From contig JAUCBJ010005841.1 of assembly GCA_032718475.1 (NCBI GenBank), forward strand, positions 1 to 47,123: a stretch of DNA of 47,123 nt. Reading direction: 5' to 3'. Positions within the stretch are counted from its first letter, which is position 1. Every line of letters starts with the position of its first letter. Shown here piece after piece: positions 24,428 through 37,704 of this stretch. The DNA is from Nemertoderma westbladi. Lineage: Eukaryota; Animalia; Xenacoelomorpha. The position numbers were made by a program, and so were the translations under genes. The notes beneath the pieces were generated by a model, which was given only the letters and a program-made list of their open reading frames with translations, had not been told where the DNA came from and did not search any database.

Positions 24428-24949
24428 AATAACTATTTACATACTTATGTGTAAAGTAGCACTTTACAGTGTGATGATCCGAGTGCTTTGTTACACGAAC
24501 GAGCGGAGTGAGTGAGTGAAAATAAAGCCACGAGGATCAGAACACTGTAAAGTACTTTGTAACAAGTATGTATGTAGTTTTATTCCAAAATTGTAACATT
24601 ACGAAATGATTGTATATATATTATAAGTGATAGAAACTGCACAAATTAAATTATTTGCTGTGTTAATAAATGTAAAAATGACATAAATTATATTATAAAA
24701 AAGTTAGCTTATATTTATGGTGGCGTTTGGAGCCATGTTATAATAATATAGCTAGGCCCTACTGGTTATTCTACCTGGCTGTCAGGCAATTAATAATCAA
24801 TACTAACTTTTGTTTCTGTGTCTGTGGTAACCATGAAGGCGTAACTGTAAAGTCGCCCTGTTGGGACATTACCACATAATAAAACACTAAATGTACAGGG
24901 CAATTCAATAGTGTAGGCCTAATGTCCTCTAAAGTTGTCAAGTGCTAAA
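24428..24949. repeat. Hairpin-forming dispersed repeat; 24844-24949 has an inverted copy at 39776-39864
   Basis: ACATACTT...ACTTTACAGTGTGATGATCC pairs with GGATCAGAACACTGTAAAGT...AAGTATGT; ACTGTAAAGTCGC.CTGTTGGGACATTAC...TAATGTCCTCTAAAGTTGT.AAGTGCTAAAT recurs inverted near 39800. Confidence 0.6.
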
Positions 24950-25077
24950 TGTTAATGCTAATGTTACAATTTTGGAATAAAGAAAGTAACAAAACAAAAC
25001 AAAACAATCCAAATAATTTAAGAAAATATATTTCCATAAACGTCTTAAGCATCATCTACTCATCTTCGAAACATCAA

Positions 25078-25408
25078 TCAATCCCCCCCCCCCCCATCCC
25101 TCTCATCCTCACCCCCCATTTTGAAGTCAAATGACCCTGGTTTGTTATTTTCTATTGCCCCACTTTCAGATGAATTAGCTGTCCCGGTTTCAGAAGAATC
25201 GATAGTCCCGGTTTCAACATTCCAACATTTAGAAGAGTGAACGGATCTCCGTTTCTTGAGTACCCAGTAAAGCGTTGATCTCGGAACATTGTGTTTCATG
25301 GCAGCCTCCACCACACCCATTCCATCTATCGTTACCGCTGTTACTGCTAACTCTATGGCCTCGTTCGTGTATTGTCTTCTGGGAAGTTCACCAAACCATC
25401 TCCATCTT
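25078..25408 (-). CDS. Alternative terminal exon V6: Pipsqueak-type HTH
   Basis: Acceptor TGTTTTAATTAG|A, phase 2; RQYTNEAIELAVTAVTIDGMGVVEAAMKHNVPRSTLYWVLKK; own stop. Confidence 0.75.
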
Positions 25409-25602
25409 CTAATTAAAACAATTATAACTGATAGAGTAATTTTAATGCGAACCAATTAATATATTGTAATGTAGATTATATATTATTATTAGTAATAAGT
25501 ATAGTCTTACCGTATTGTAAAATCTTGTATTTGCCTACGAATTTTTATTTTTTAATACAGTAGTTGTGGGTAAGATACAAAATGTAATAAAGTACGTTCC
25601 AC

Positions 25603-25790
25603 CTTGGTGTAGTGGTTTCATTGAATTCCCATATCTGCGGAGGTCGTGGGTTCGATCCCTGCATGGGGGCCAGTGCAGTTTTCGTTTCGGCATGAATGCT
25701 TTAAAGGGACTAGCCAGGTCGCCTATCTGCCTTGCATCCTTAAATGGTAGCTAAAATAGTAAATGGTAGCTGGAGTTCCTCTGGGGAGTA
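25603..25790 (+). mobile_element. tRNA-derived SINE relic
   Basis: A-box TGGTGTAGTGG and B-box GGTTCGATCCC at tRNA-like spacing, without a good cloverleaf. Confidence 0.5.
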
Positions 25791-26540
25791 TAGTTTTGGG
25801 AGGACCGCACTGAAAATAAGTCCAAACTTTGTGCGGCCCTGGCCTATCGGCCGAAGAAAATTTACTTTTTTTTACTTCGACCGCAAAGCATGACACCAAC
25901 GTAGAGTGAATGATGATACCCAATGCGTTGAGGTTTCGCTAAGTAACTGGCTCGCCCCACAAATATTGAAAATTGACAGAGTGAGAAATTGCAGGATTTT
26001 AATCAAAGAAGTCGGTAAAATATATATACGAAGTAAAACTCCACCAAAACTAACAAACTAACACTAATTAAAACTATTCAAGTAATACGACGAGGTGATA
26101 ATGTAATAATTTTTTTGTATGTTTCTGGCAATGTGATTTTGTTATAATTACCCAAAAATATGGAAGTTCGTAATACCACTGTACGCATGTGATTGGCTGT
26201 CTACCGATCGCATGGAATGGTTCAGCTACACATAACACATATTAAAGTTTCATTTCTGCACGCAATCAGCTGTTTATTCCGTCGATTGTCGCCCGGAGAG
26301 GGTTAATCTCAAGAATCCCGCCCTATGCAGTTTGAATAATGTCAATTGATTGAAATTGATACCAGTCGATAAATTTCAAATAGTTAATAGTAATAGTGCA
26401 GTATCCTTAGTTTGGCTTGACTGGACATCAAATTATTTAAAGTAAATATAAATTTAAACGCCATAGTAATAATACCTTGCACAACATACCGTACAGTAAG
26501 GTACACCAAGCAATCAATTGATTTAGAACCTGACTAACAG

Positions 26541-26781
26541 TTAGCTGGATTCCCCACCCCGATCGATTCGGCTACGATTACAGGAATCCCAATCTTTAGT
26601 CGTGTTTATTGCGCCGGGGTCCTTCAACCGAACTATCCGATACAATGTCATGTGGGGGATTTTGTAGAATTTCGCGGCCCGATATACGGAGAGCCGTCTC
26701 TCCGAGATGGCCCGCAATGCGTCAGCGACGTCGTCGTCTGTGTACTTCGGAGTCGATGTAATTGCGGAGTAGACAACAGGT
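26541..26781 (-). CDS. Alternative terminal exon V5: Pipsqueak-type HTH
   Basis: Acceptor TCTGTCCTTTGCAG|A, phase 2; KYTDDDVADALRAISERRLSVYRAAKFYKIPHMTLYRIVR; own stop. Confidence 0.8.
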
Positions 26782-26960
26782 CTGCAAAGGACAGACGATA
26801 TGATGGTGGAAGGGTTGCTAAAGTGTGTCACTATACCCCGTCTTACAGTGTATGTCTACTCCGTTCTACTGACTGTCTACCCATTCTACCGTGTCTGTCT
26901 CAGATTGGGGATAGGGGGAGGGGGGGGGGGGGGGGGGGGACTGGACGCAATAAAAAATCA

Positions 26961-27556
26961 TCCCTCTCCCGGGGAAATTGGACGCAAATAACAGTTGATT
27001 ACTCTCAAAAATAAAACTGTAACCTGTTCTATTGTATTTAGTTTATTGTTTTGGTTAAAATAACGTGCCACTGTAACCTGCTCCTTTCCCTAAATTGCCA
27101 ATGTAACATTGAGGTTGGGATATTAATTCGCCAAGATGGGATTTGCGTCCGTCCCATTATGATGACACGTAGTTATGCAAGGCATTACCATAGGCATACT
27201 GCCAATACAACCTTCATAATTAATTCCCCAGTTACACTATAATAAAATAACCAGCTCACGTCAAATGAGACGGACAGTCAGGCAGACAGACCTCATAATG
27301 ACATACCGGTCCGGTACCTACGATAACGTTTAGTTAATATCTACCAATCAGGATCTCCTACCAATAATTATCCCTCTCCATGGGAAAATCGACGCAAATA
27401 ACAGCTGATTACTCCTAAAAAATAAAACTGTAACCTGTTATGAGTTTCGTTTATTGTTTTGGTTACAATAACCCACCCCTGCAACCTACGCCTTTCCCCT
27501 AATTGATAATTTAACATTGAGACGATATGTTCATTCGCAGAGTTGGGATTTGCGTT
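26961..27556 (+). mobile_element. Two copies (26961-27149, 27371-27556) of a ~180-bp MITE-like dispersed repeat; further copies near 27930, 38749-38854 (inverted), 41808-41982, 42711-42900 (inverted), 45002-45122 (inverted)
   Basis: Shared core TTTATTGTTTTGGTTA.AATAAC...CTGTAACCTGCTCCTTTCCCTAAATTG; inverted motifs GACGCAAAT...ATTTGCGTC; often next to poly-G/C runs. Confidence 0.7.
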
Positions 27557-27726
27557 AAGTTTTCTCCCCATATTGATTTACTAACTAATCCCCCATCATA
27601 TCCTTCCTGTCTGTAGATGTGATACATACAAATGGCTGTCGATTTTAAATTCAATTGGATTTTCTACAATTTAATATGCGGGATATTTGAGAGCAACAAG
27701 TATCTGCATCCCGATATGCTTGGGCT

Positions 27727-27910
27727 GGGCGCCTGGCCTGCAACCAATTGGTTGTAGGTTCGAGCCTCGTCAGGGTCCAATCAACCTTTCACCTGGGGTC
27801 GATAAAATGAGTACCAGTTGAATTTCTGGGAGCAAAATTTGGGATAAGAGGAATAGCGCTCACCCCTACCTTCGGGTAGCAGCTATCGAAAGAGGAGCCT
27901 TTGGCTCCCT
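27727..27910 (+). mobile_element. tRNA-headed SINE relic with Deu/Nin-type central domain
   Basis: B-box GGTTCGAGCC followed by CAACCTTTCA...GGGGTCGATAAAATGAGTACCAG, which resembles the conserved Deu/Nin SINE core. Confidence 0.55.
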
Positions 27911-29748
27911 TAGAATATTGATAACTCTTGTTTATTGTTTTGGTTGCCCTTACCTGTCTCTATAACCTGTTCCTTTTTCTATAACATCACAGTTTGCAAC
28001 ACAAGTTAATTGAATAGCAAACACTCCGTCGTGTGTAATTCGACGAGCTACTGGGGGATGAAATGGAAAATTTCGTATCTCAAACTCGGGGCACAGTTTA
28101 ATATAATATAATTAAGTAATTCAAGACAAATTTATAATTACATGCCATAATTCAAACATTAACTAAATAACTAAGAAACTACTTTAACTATACTAACAGC
28201 TGCGTTAAAGTGCTTTTAATAACCCACTGAAAACATAAATATCACATTGTCAATGAAATAGGTTATTGTACGAAATTTGGCTGTTTTCTTGATGTTTTGA
28301 AAGACAAAAAATAATGTAAATGATTACATTTAGTGCGGTGAAACAAATCCCTCGGCTAATCGGAATTAGTGCACTGTGTAAAGTTCTACTTTACAACACG
28401 GACAGACACAAACATGTAAATAGTTATTAGATAATAGTAACACGTTTGTTACAAATAACTTTACTCTTACAAATAATATTTGATAATTAAAAGTGTGAAA
28501 GAACTACCGGTACTTTGTTTAAAATATATCAATAATGTAAACATTATGTAACACTGTAGGAGAAAACTAGGTTTGTACCGGTGATGTATAACTTTATACG
28601 GCGGGTCGCGGGTGAGAATAATTTATACGGCGGGTGAGAATCCAGTACCGTTTATAGGACACAGCATGAGTAAGGATCATTACCGGTACACTATGGGTAT
28701 ACAGATCAACTACCAATTACTTTCACTTTCTAGTTTAACAGTATGCTATATCGGGGCACTACATTAATAACCATAAAACTACTTGACATACAACTACGTT
28801 GAAACAGTATGTTAATGATATGCAGAGTTCTCGGTACCGCTAAGAGAAAGCAACACCATCTGTATACTTTCGCTCGTTAACATTCAACAGTAGATCTACT
28901 ATAATCAACTATAAAACGTTCACTAGAAATTAAATTAAAATTTTTACTTATAATTTTTATGAAATAAAACCTTTTCGTTAAATTAAATATAATAAAATAA
29001 CATACTTTAATTCGTAATCTAACACTTAAAAAGATACAGTCACAATGGCAATCCTCGCTTCTGGAAGTCAGATTTTAAAATGCCTAATAATTCAGTGAGA
29101 GATGATAAGATCTGAAGTAAATAGTTACTACTTTCCAGGTTTTATCAATGAACTGGAATTTACAAAATTCGCTTTAAAAAGAAGAAAAGTACAATATTTA
29201 AAAAATCTCAACCTATTAAACAACTCCATGATAACATTTATATACAAGTATTTTAATACATAAAATTAGTTTCCTTTAGCAATGAGCTAAACACCGTGAC
29301 AATGAGCAAGAAAAACACACAAACAATTTAAGAATAAAGAAAAACAAATCAATTTATGGTGACTTCGCGATGACCCTAGATGCCCCCAGATGTTCTACTT
29401 TCGGACAGATGAACTGATAACCAACCCTGTAAAACACACAATCAATAAGTCGCGAGTTGTTCAAAATTATCTTAGTTTTCTGTGTCATGAAATCCCGTTT
29501 ATTGGTCTCGCATGCGAAACCGAAACCGACATTTACTCTGCTTTTGTCCCAGAAAAATTTTCCCGGAATGTTTCTCCTTGGACAAGTTTCTCCTTATTGC
29601 CCTTCGAAGACAATTTACCCCCCCCCCCCCCCCCCCCCTCAAACGACAAATTTTGGAATGTGTTGATCTAGCTCAATGGTCACGAATCAATGACAACATT
29701 AAACATAAAACTATTCTTGAATCTACATTGATTATTTAAGAATTGACT

Positions 29749-30517
29749 TTATACGATATTGAATGACATATCAGTGATCTCCTCTGGGTGTATTATGATA
29801 ACTCCTTGTGGATCTTCTAACTGTACTTCATCATGAACCCTCGTCGACTGTGGTAGACTGCAGTCTATAACCACTGTATCGCCAACGCTCGGAAGAAAAT
29901 CTGCGGACGTATTAACAACCATGGCGGTGGATTTATTGGGGGCAATAGGAACCATTACCTTGGTAGGGGCTATCCTCGTGAGGTTAGAGTGACTCTCCGT
30001 GTTGCTAGGGATACTCAGAGTGTTGCTATGAGAGCTCGCCGAGTTGCTAGGAACCATCGTCAAGTTTCTAGGGACGATCGACAAGTTGCTAGGGACACTA
30101 ACGATCGCCTTGTTGTTAAGGACGCTCGCCCTGTTGCTAGGGACACTCACCACGATGCGAGAACCGCTCACCGCGTTACTATGGACGCTCATAACGTTGC
30201 TAGGGACGCCGACCGCGTTGCTACGGGCACCAACTGCCTTGTTAGCGACACTCACCCGGTTGCTAGGAACGCGGCCCGCGTTGCCAGGGCCGGTTGCTAC
30301 GCGACACGGGGGTTTCTTATTGAGGGCCTCCGGGCAGAGCTCGCGAACCCGGGCGTACAACGTCATCCGCGGGATCTGGTAGAACGCGGCTGCCTTGTGG
30401 GTGGTCAGCCGTCGCGTGGAAACGGACCAGACGGCCTGGTGGAGGGTCTCCTCGCTGTAGTTGGAGGACTGCCGGTGGTAGAAGCGTCTCAAGCGGCGAG
30501 AGCCGGAATCCGTCTTC
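29749..30517 (-). CDS. Alternative terminal exon V4: Pipsqueak-type HTH plus 7-aa repeat tail
   Basis: Acceptor TTTTCTCCACTGTTTCCCCCCAG|G, phase 2; NYSEETLHQAVWSVSTRRLTTHKAAAFYQIPRMTLYARVRELCPEAL; then 21-bp repeats encoding xSVPSNx; own stop. Confidence 0.85.
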
Positions 30518-31640
30518 CTGGGGGGAAACAGTGGAGAAAAGTGGAATGTTTATTTTCGCGAAATTAAACTATTTTATTATAAAGTTTAGAATTTAATTTA
30601 AGATATGAAAACTAACCCGATATTCTAAGCCCGCCTAATAAAACATTACTACAATTAATTTCCACTTTTCCCCACTGTTTAATAGATATAGGTGTCTGAG
30701 CTCACATTATGTCTACCAAAAATACGTTTTATTCAAAACAATCCAAATATTACTTTACTCCGCCGGCTTTATCGCAGACAATGAATAAATATCACTTTAT
30801 TTGACAATTAAATAAAATTAAAAAGGTTCCCTTATATTCTGAGGATATATCATTATGATATGAATGCATAAGGAACAGCTTGACAAAATTACAGGCAAAC
30901 AATTTAATCTAGCCATTATGTAATGGTAACAGGATAATTTATAAAGTAAATTAAAAATTGTACAATTTTTACTACAAGTAGTTAAGTAGCAGTACTGCAG
31001 TATGGCCGAGATGGGTTTTCATATGACAACCTGTAGTGTTCCGTTCGGCTACACAAATAGACCCAGGGTCGATATGGGTTACTCGTTATTTACTGCGGTA
31101 AACAGCGGCTAACCGCTCTCACGCGAGTCCTTATCAAATAAACCCACTTCGTCGTGATTCGTGAATACTTGTAAATATTCTATATTCACAGTCAATAGTT
31201 TAATTATTGACAAACATAAACCAGAAACACAGCCAGGTCATGGGTAACGAATTAAAATATATATAAGTCATATTTTACCGCCGTAGGCCTCCCGGTATCT
31301 ATGTAATTTGTATAATATAATTAAACCATAAGTTATAGTTATTGTATTTAATGCAAAGGTATCAATTATTAACAGCTCACCCCATCAAAATAAATTTGAA
31401 ACAAACACAAATAAAAAAACATTGTATATGCATACAGCACAATTACAAAATTGAATTGAATAAAATGCGAATTGCGAACCCAACAATAATTAAAGTCACC
31501 ACACTACAGTTCTGAGTCCGACCAATTAGACGTAACCAAAACCATTTCAGAATGTGGGTTCGCAGTAATACTTATTGGCATTTTTATTAAGGTGTAACGT
31601 TACATGGACGGGTGTGGATTGATTAAAAAAAATAAAATAA

Positions 31641-34600
31641 AAAATTAGGCATACTAGTTAACCAATAGAATAGAAAATTAGACATACTAGTTAACCAATA
31701 GAATAGAAAATTAGGCAAACTAGTTAACCAATAGAATATAAAATTAGGCATACTAGTTAACCAATAGAATAGAAAATTAGGCATACTAGTTAACCAATAG
31801 AATAGAAAATTAGGCAGACTAGTTAACCAATAGAATAGAAAATTAGGCATACTAGTTAACCAATAGAATAGAAAATTAGGCAGACTAGTTAACCAATAGA
31901 ATAGAAAATTAGGCATACTAGTTAACCAATAGAATATAAAATTAGGCAGACTAGTTAACCAATGGAATAGAAAACTAGGCATACTAGCTAACCAATAGAA
32001 TAGAAAATTAGGCAAACTAGTTAACCAATAGAATATAAAATTAGGCATACTAGTTAACCAATAGAATAGAAAATTAGGCATACTAGTTAACCAATAGAAT
32101 AGAAAATTAGGCAGACTAGTTAACCAATAGAATAGAAAATTAGGCATACTAGTTAACCAATAGAATAGAAAATTAGGCAGACTAGTTAACCAATAGAATA
32201 GAAAATTAGGCATACTAGTTAACCAATAGAATATAAAATTAGGCAGACTAGTTAACCAATGGAATAGAAAACTAGGCATACTAGCTAACCAATAGAATAG
32301 AAAATTAGGCATACTAGTTAACCAATATAATATAAAATTAGGCATACTAGTTAACCAATAGAATAGAAAATTAGGAATACTAGTTAACCAATAGAATAGA
32401 AAATTAGGCATACTAGTTAACCAATAGAATAGAAAATTAGGCAGACTAGTTAACCAATCGAATAGAAAATTAGGCATACTAGTTAACCAATAGAATAGAA
32501 AATTAGGCAGACTAGTTAACCAATAGAATAGAAAATTAGGCATACTAGTTAACCAATAGAATAGAAAATTAGGCATACTATTTAACCAATAGAATAGAAA
32601 ATTAGGCATACTAGTTAACCAATAGAATAGAAAATTAGGGAGACTAGTTAACCAATAGAATAGAAAATTAGGCATACTAGTTAACCAATAGAATAGAAAA
32701 TTAGGCATACTAGTTAACCAATAGAATAGAAAATTAGGCAGACTAGTTAACCAATAGAATAGAAAATTAGGCATACTAGTTAACCAATAGAATAGAAAAT
32801 TAGGCAGACTAGTTAACCAATAGAATAGAAAATTAGGCATACTAGTTAACCAATAGAATAGAAAATTAGGCATACTAGTTAACCAATAGAATAGAAAATT
32901 AGGCAGACTAGTTAACCAATAGAATAGAAAATTAGGCATACTAGTTAACCAATAGAATAGAAAATTAGGCAAACTAGTTAACCAATAGAATCTAAAATTA
33001 GGCATACTAGTTAACCAATAGAATAGAAAATTAGGAATACTAGTTAACCAATAGAATAGAAAATTAGGCAGACTAGTTAACCAATAGAATAGAAAATTAG
33101 ACATACTAGTTAACCAATAGAATAGAAAATTAGGCATACTAGTTAACCAATAGAATAGAAAATTAGGCATACTAGTTAACCAATAGAATAGAAAATTAGG
33201 CATACTAGTTAACCAATAGAATAGAAAATTAGGCAAACTAGTTAACCAATAGAATAGAAAATTAGGCATACTAGTTAACCAATAGAATAGAAAATTAGGC
33301 AGACTAGTTAACCAATAGAATAGAAAATTAGGCAGACTAGTTAACCAATAGAATAGAAAATTAGACATACTAGTTAACCAATAGAATAGAAAATTAGACA
33401 TACTAGTTAACCAATAGAATAGAAAATTAGGCATACTAGTTAACCAATAGAATAGAAAATTAGGCATACTAGTTAACCAATAGAATAGAAAATTAGGCAA
33501 ACTAGTTAACCAATAGAATCTAAAATTAGGCAGACTAGTTAACCAATAGAATAGAAAATTAGGCATACTAGTTAACCAATAGAATAGAAAATTAGGCAGA
33601 CTAGTTAACCAATAGAATAGAAAATTAGGCAGACTAGTTAACCAATAGAATATAAAATGAGGCATACTTGTTAACCAATAGAATAGAAAATTAGGCATAC
33701 TAGTTAACCAATAGAATAGAAAATTAGGCAGACTAGTTAACCAATGGAATAGAAAACTAGGCATACTAGCTAACCAATAGAATAGAAAATTAGGCATACT
33801 AGTTAACCAATATAATATAAAATTAGGCATACTAGTTAACCAATAGAATAGAAAATTAGGAATACTAGTTAACCAATAGAATAGAAAATTAGGCATACTA
33901 GTTAACCAATAGAATAGAAAATTAGGCAGACTAGTTAACCAATCGAATAGAAAATTAGGCATACTAGTTAACCAATAGAATAGAAAATTAGGCAGACTAG
34001 TTAACCAATAGAATAGAAAATTAGGCATACTAGTTAACCAATAGAATAGAAAATTAGGCATACTAGTTAACCAATAGAATAGAAAATTAGGCATACTAGT
34101 TTACCAATAGAATAGAAAATTAGGCAGACTAGTTAACCAATAGAATAGAAAATTAGGCATACTAGTTAACCAATAGAATAGAAAATTAGGCATACTAGTT
34201 AACCAATAGAATAGAAAATTAGGCAGACTAGTCAACCAATAGAATCGAAAATTAGGCATACTAGTTAACCAATAGAATAGAAAATTAGGCAGACTAGTTA
34301 ACCAATAGAATAGAAAATTAGGCATACTAGTTAACCAATAGAATAGAAAATTAGGCATACTAGTTAACCAATAGAATAGAAAATTAGGCAGACTAGTTAA
34401 CCAATAGAATAGAAAATTAGGCATACTAGTTAACCAATAGAATAGAAAATTAGGCAGACTAGTTAACCAATAGAATAGAAAATTAGGCAGACTAGTTAAC
34501 CAATAGAATAGAAAATTAGGCATACTAGTTAACCAATAGAATAGAAAATTAGGCAGACTAGTTAACCAATAGAATAGAAAATTAGACATACTAGTTAACC

Positions 34601-34645
34601 AATAGAATAGAAAATTAGACATACTAGTTAACCAATAGAATATAA
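31641..34645. repeat. 33-bp minisatellite, about 91 copies
   Basis: Unit AAATTAGGCA(T/G)ACTAGTTAACCAATAGAATAGA; rare variants recur in the same order, indicating block duplication. Confidence 0.98.
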
Positions 34646-34835
34646 TTGAGAATCAACAGACAAAATTGCCCGCGTATTATTTGCAGCAGTGGGGTGCCCT
34701 TCGATTCGCATAGTTTGTCAAAATGGGTAGTGGTACTGTATGTACAGACTACAGGTGCACCGACACACAACGTAAATATCTATTTAAGCTGCAGAGTCAT
34801 TATAAGTCAATATAGAAAACAAAATAGTAGGTAGT

Positions 34836-35097
34836 TTAGAATATCGAGTTAGTCAGTATCAGTTCCTTGTGAATCCGTTTGTTGTCTTCCCCTGACTTTG
34901 GTGGCCCCGGTGTGGGTTTCTTTAAAGCTTCCGGGCAGATCTTACGGATCTTCTTGTACAGAGTCTGTCGCGGCACGCCGTACCTCTTGGCCGCGAGGTT
35001 GGTGCAAACTCGCCGGTTGTAGACTGCAAGCACCGCCTCCTCCATGGTCGCCGCTGTGTACGTCGGTGTTGCCATAGAAACGCTCCGTCGTTGTTGC
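34836..35097 (-). CDS. Alternative terminal exon V3: Pipsqueak-type HTH
   Basis: Acceptor TTTTATTTTGCCTCCCAG|G, phase 2; TYTAATMEEAVLAVYNRRVCTNLAAKRYGVPRQTLYKKIRKICPEAL; own stop. Confidence 0.85.
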
Positions 35098-35390
35098 CTG
35101 GGAGGCAAAATAAAACAGGCAACTTACTTACCCGTCGCTTCGTACTTTATGTTCTGGGAATTTCAGATAGTGGCGCACATTTGGCCACATTTGAAAAAAA
35201 GTGATCTCAAGCGCAAATTGGTTTTAAATTAAATAAAGTTTTAAACCCTCGGGACTTTATTTAAAACTTTATACAACACCTCATTAAAAGAATGAAAACA
35301 ATGGACATATATCACAGATAACAATTCGAAGTCCATAAATTTTTTCTTATAAATTAATTATTATTATCCAAAAAACATTTAGTGAGTTAA

Positions 35391-36525
35391 AGTAGTAAAC
35401 TCAGGTTGTATCGCGAGTAGTAAACTCAGGTTGTATCGCGAGTAGTAAACTCAGGTTGTATCGCGAGTAGTAAACTCAGGTTGTATCGCGAGTAGTAAAC
35501 TCAGGTTGTATCGCGAGTAGTAAACTCAGGTTGTATCGCGAGTAGTAAACTCAGGTTGTATCGCGAGTAGTAAACTCAGGTTGTATCGCGAGTAGTAAAC
35601 TCAGGTTGTATCGCGAGTAGTAAACTCAGGTTGTATCGCGAGTAGTAAACTCAGGTTGTATCGCGAGTAGTAAACTCAGGTTGTATCGCGAGTAGTAAAC
35701 TCAGGTTGTATCGCGAGTAGTAAACTCAGGTTGTATCGCGAGTAGTAAACTCAGGTTGTATCGCGAGTAGTAAACTCAGGTTGTATCGCGAGTAGTAAAC
35801 TCAGGTTGTATCGCGAGTAGTAAACTCAGGTTGTATCGCGAGTAGTAAACTCAGGTTGTATCGCGAGTAGTAAACTCAGGTTGTATCGCGAGTAGTAAAC
35901 TCAGGTTGTATCGCGAGTAGTAAACTCAGGTTGTATCGCGAGTAGTAAACTCAGGTTGTATCGCGAGTAGTAAACTCAGGTTGTATCGCGAGTAGTAAAC
36001 TCAGGTTGTATCGCGAGTAGTAAACTCAGGTTGTATCGCGAGTAGTAAACTCAGGTTGTATCGCGAGTAGTAAACTCAGGTTGTATCGCGAGTAGTAAAC
36101 TCAGGTTGTATCGCGAGTAGTAAACTCAGGTTGTATCGCGAGTAGTAAACTCAGGTTGTATCGCGAGTAGTAAACTCAGGTTGTATCGCGAGTAGTAAAC
36201 TCAGGTTGTATCGCGAGTAGTAAACTCAGGTTGTATCGCGAGTAGTAAACTCAGGTTGTATCGCGAGTAGTAAACTCAGGTTGTATCGCGAGTAGTAAAC
36301 TCAGGTTGTATCGCGAGTAGTAAACTCAGGTTGTATCGCGAGTAGTAAACTCAGGTTGTATCGCGAGTAGTAAACTCAGGTTGTATCGCGAGTAGTAAAC
36401 TCAGGTTGTATCGCGAGTAGTAAACTCAGGTTGTATCGCGAGTAGTAAACTCAGGTTGTATCGCGAGTAGTAAACTCAGGTTGTATCGCGAGTAGTAAAC
36501 TCAGGTTGTATCGCGAGTAGTAAAC
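35391..36525. repeat. 25-bp minisatellite, about 45 apparently identical copies
   Basis: Unit AGTAGTAAACTCAGGTTGTATCGCG; one degenerate copy follows at the right edge. Confidence 0.98.
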
Positions 36526-36576
36526 GCAAATTGTGTAAGGGTGAGTTGTAAACGATAGATGTAAACAACTAAACAC

Positions 36577-37003
36577 TAGTGTTTAAACGGGATCAGACGT
36601 TTCGAGAATTCCGGGATCGGGACCGGGATTATCACTCTCGGGATCCCGATTTTTGGGACTGGGATCGCAATTTTGAATTAAATGACTCAAAGTTATTAGT
36701 ATATGTGGCGGCCTTTGGGTAACACTAACTTTATCTTACACTTCTGAAATAGTAGTACGATTAATTTATATTAAAATTATTTTGCAATAAATTGATTACT
36801 GGATGGTTTACTGACATAAAAATTCGATATAATCAAAACATTTCCGTTCGGCTGGAACTATTTTATCGAATATTCAACAAACCTACTTAATTATATTTAC
36901 TTATATATCCCGTTCCAAAAAAGTTGGGATCGGGACCGGGATTGCATTATTCCGATTCGCCGGGATCCCGGATTTTCGGGATCGGGGTCCCGTTTAAACA
37001 CTA
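36577..37003. mobile_element. hAT-like MITE
   Basis: TIRs TAGTGTTTAAACGGGA...TCCCGTTTAAACACTA; subterminal CGGGATC/GATCCCG repeats; flanks CTAAACAC / CAAACAC resemble a degenerate 8-bp TSD. Confidence 0.75.
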
Positions 37004-37478
37004 CAAACACGCTACACTTAGCGAGTCGATAGAAATACGCCCGTGAGAGTCGTGTCGTTGTAGTGGTTAGTGTGTAGCAGTGCAGTACAGATAATGATAA
37101 CTGACGTAAACATTCAATAACGAAGTGTACCAAACTTACTGAACATAATTAAACCACAATTAGCCCCGGAACATCAAATATTATCAACTAACTTATGTTT
37201 TCGAAAATCACAATATAGTACGAGATGCTATAATTAATTCATTGCGATAAATATTATAATAAATAGAAATATCTTTATTAATATGCGGAGGACATGAAGA
37301 TAAATATTTAACAAATTGACACGCTGCTGTAAGTGTATTTCAATTCAATCACACGTATTTCCCGCCAAATTTCGGTATTTCCGGCAAAGTTTTATAGGTT
37401 CCGCCAAATTTCCGTCCATTCGCCACCACACTTTGTTTCTATAGTTTTCACCAGATTTCCGCGCAATACGCGAACGGA

Positions 37479-37704
37479 TTACTTCCGGAGGGATTGTTTC
37501 CTTCCGACGCGTATCCCGATCCCCGACTTCCAGCGCAAGGCTTCGGGGCAGACCTTACGAACTTTCTCGTACAAAGTCATCTGGGGTATAACGAACACCC
37601 TGGCCGCGATGTAGGTGGAGAGTTTACCGCTCGCGATGGCGCGAACAGCCTCGTCTAGAGTGGCCTGGGTGTAGGTCGAGGGACGTCGAGGCGGGGTTGG
37701 GCGC
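37479..37704 (-). CDS. Alternative terminal exon V2: Pipsqueak-type HTH
   Basis: Acceptor TTTTTTGCATCTCAG|G, phase 2; TYTQATLDEAVRAIASGKLSTYIAARVFVIPQMTLYEKVRKVCPEAL; own stop. Confidence 0.85.

Noticed and set aside
25603-25680. tRNA gene
   Set aside because: A and B boxes present but acceptor and anticodon stems do not form; better explained as a SINE head.
29989-30567. Plus-strand ORFs antisense to exon V4, and similar shadow ORFs over gag, pol, 17630-18481 and the other exons
   Set aside because: Antisense or alternate-frame shadows of real coding or repeated sequence.
31623-34622. 823-aa and 173-aa ORFs of PNFLFYWLTSM repeats
   Set aside because: By-product of a 33-bp unit lacking a stop in one frame; a single substitution breaks it and there is no splice or start context.
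35391-36525. CRISPR-like array, or tandem Maverick termini (unit starts AGTAGT)
   Set aside because: Head-to-tail units without spacers, no cas genes, eukaryotic context; no similarity to the Maverick end beyond the hexamer.
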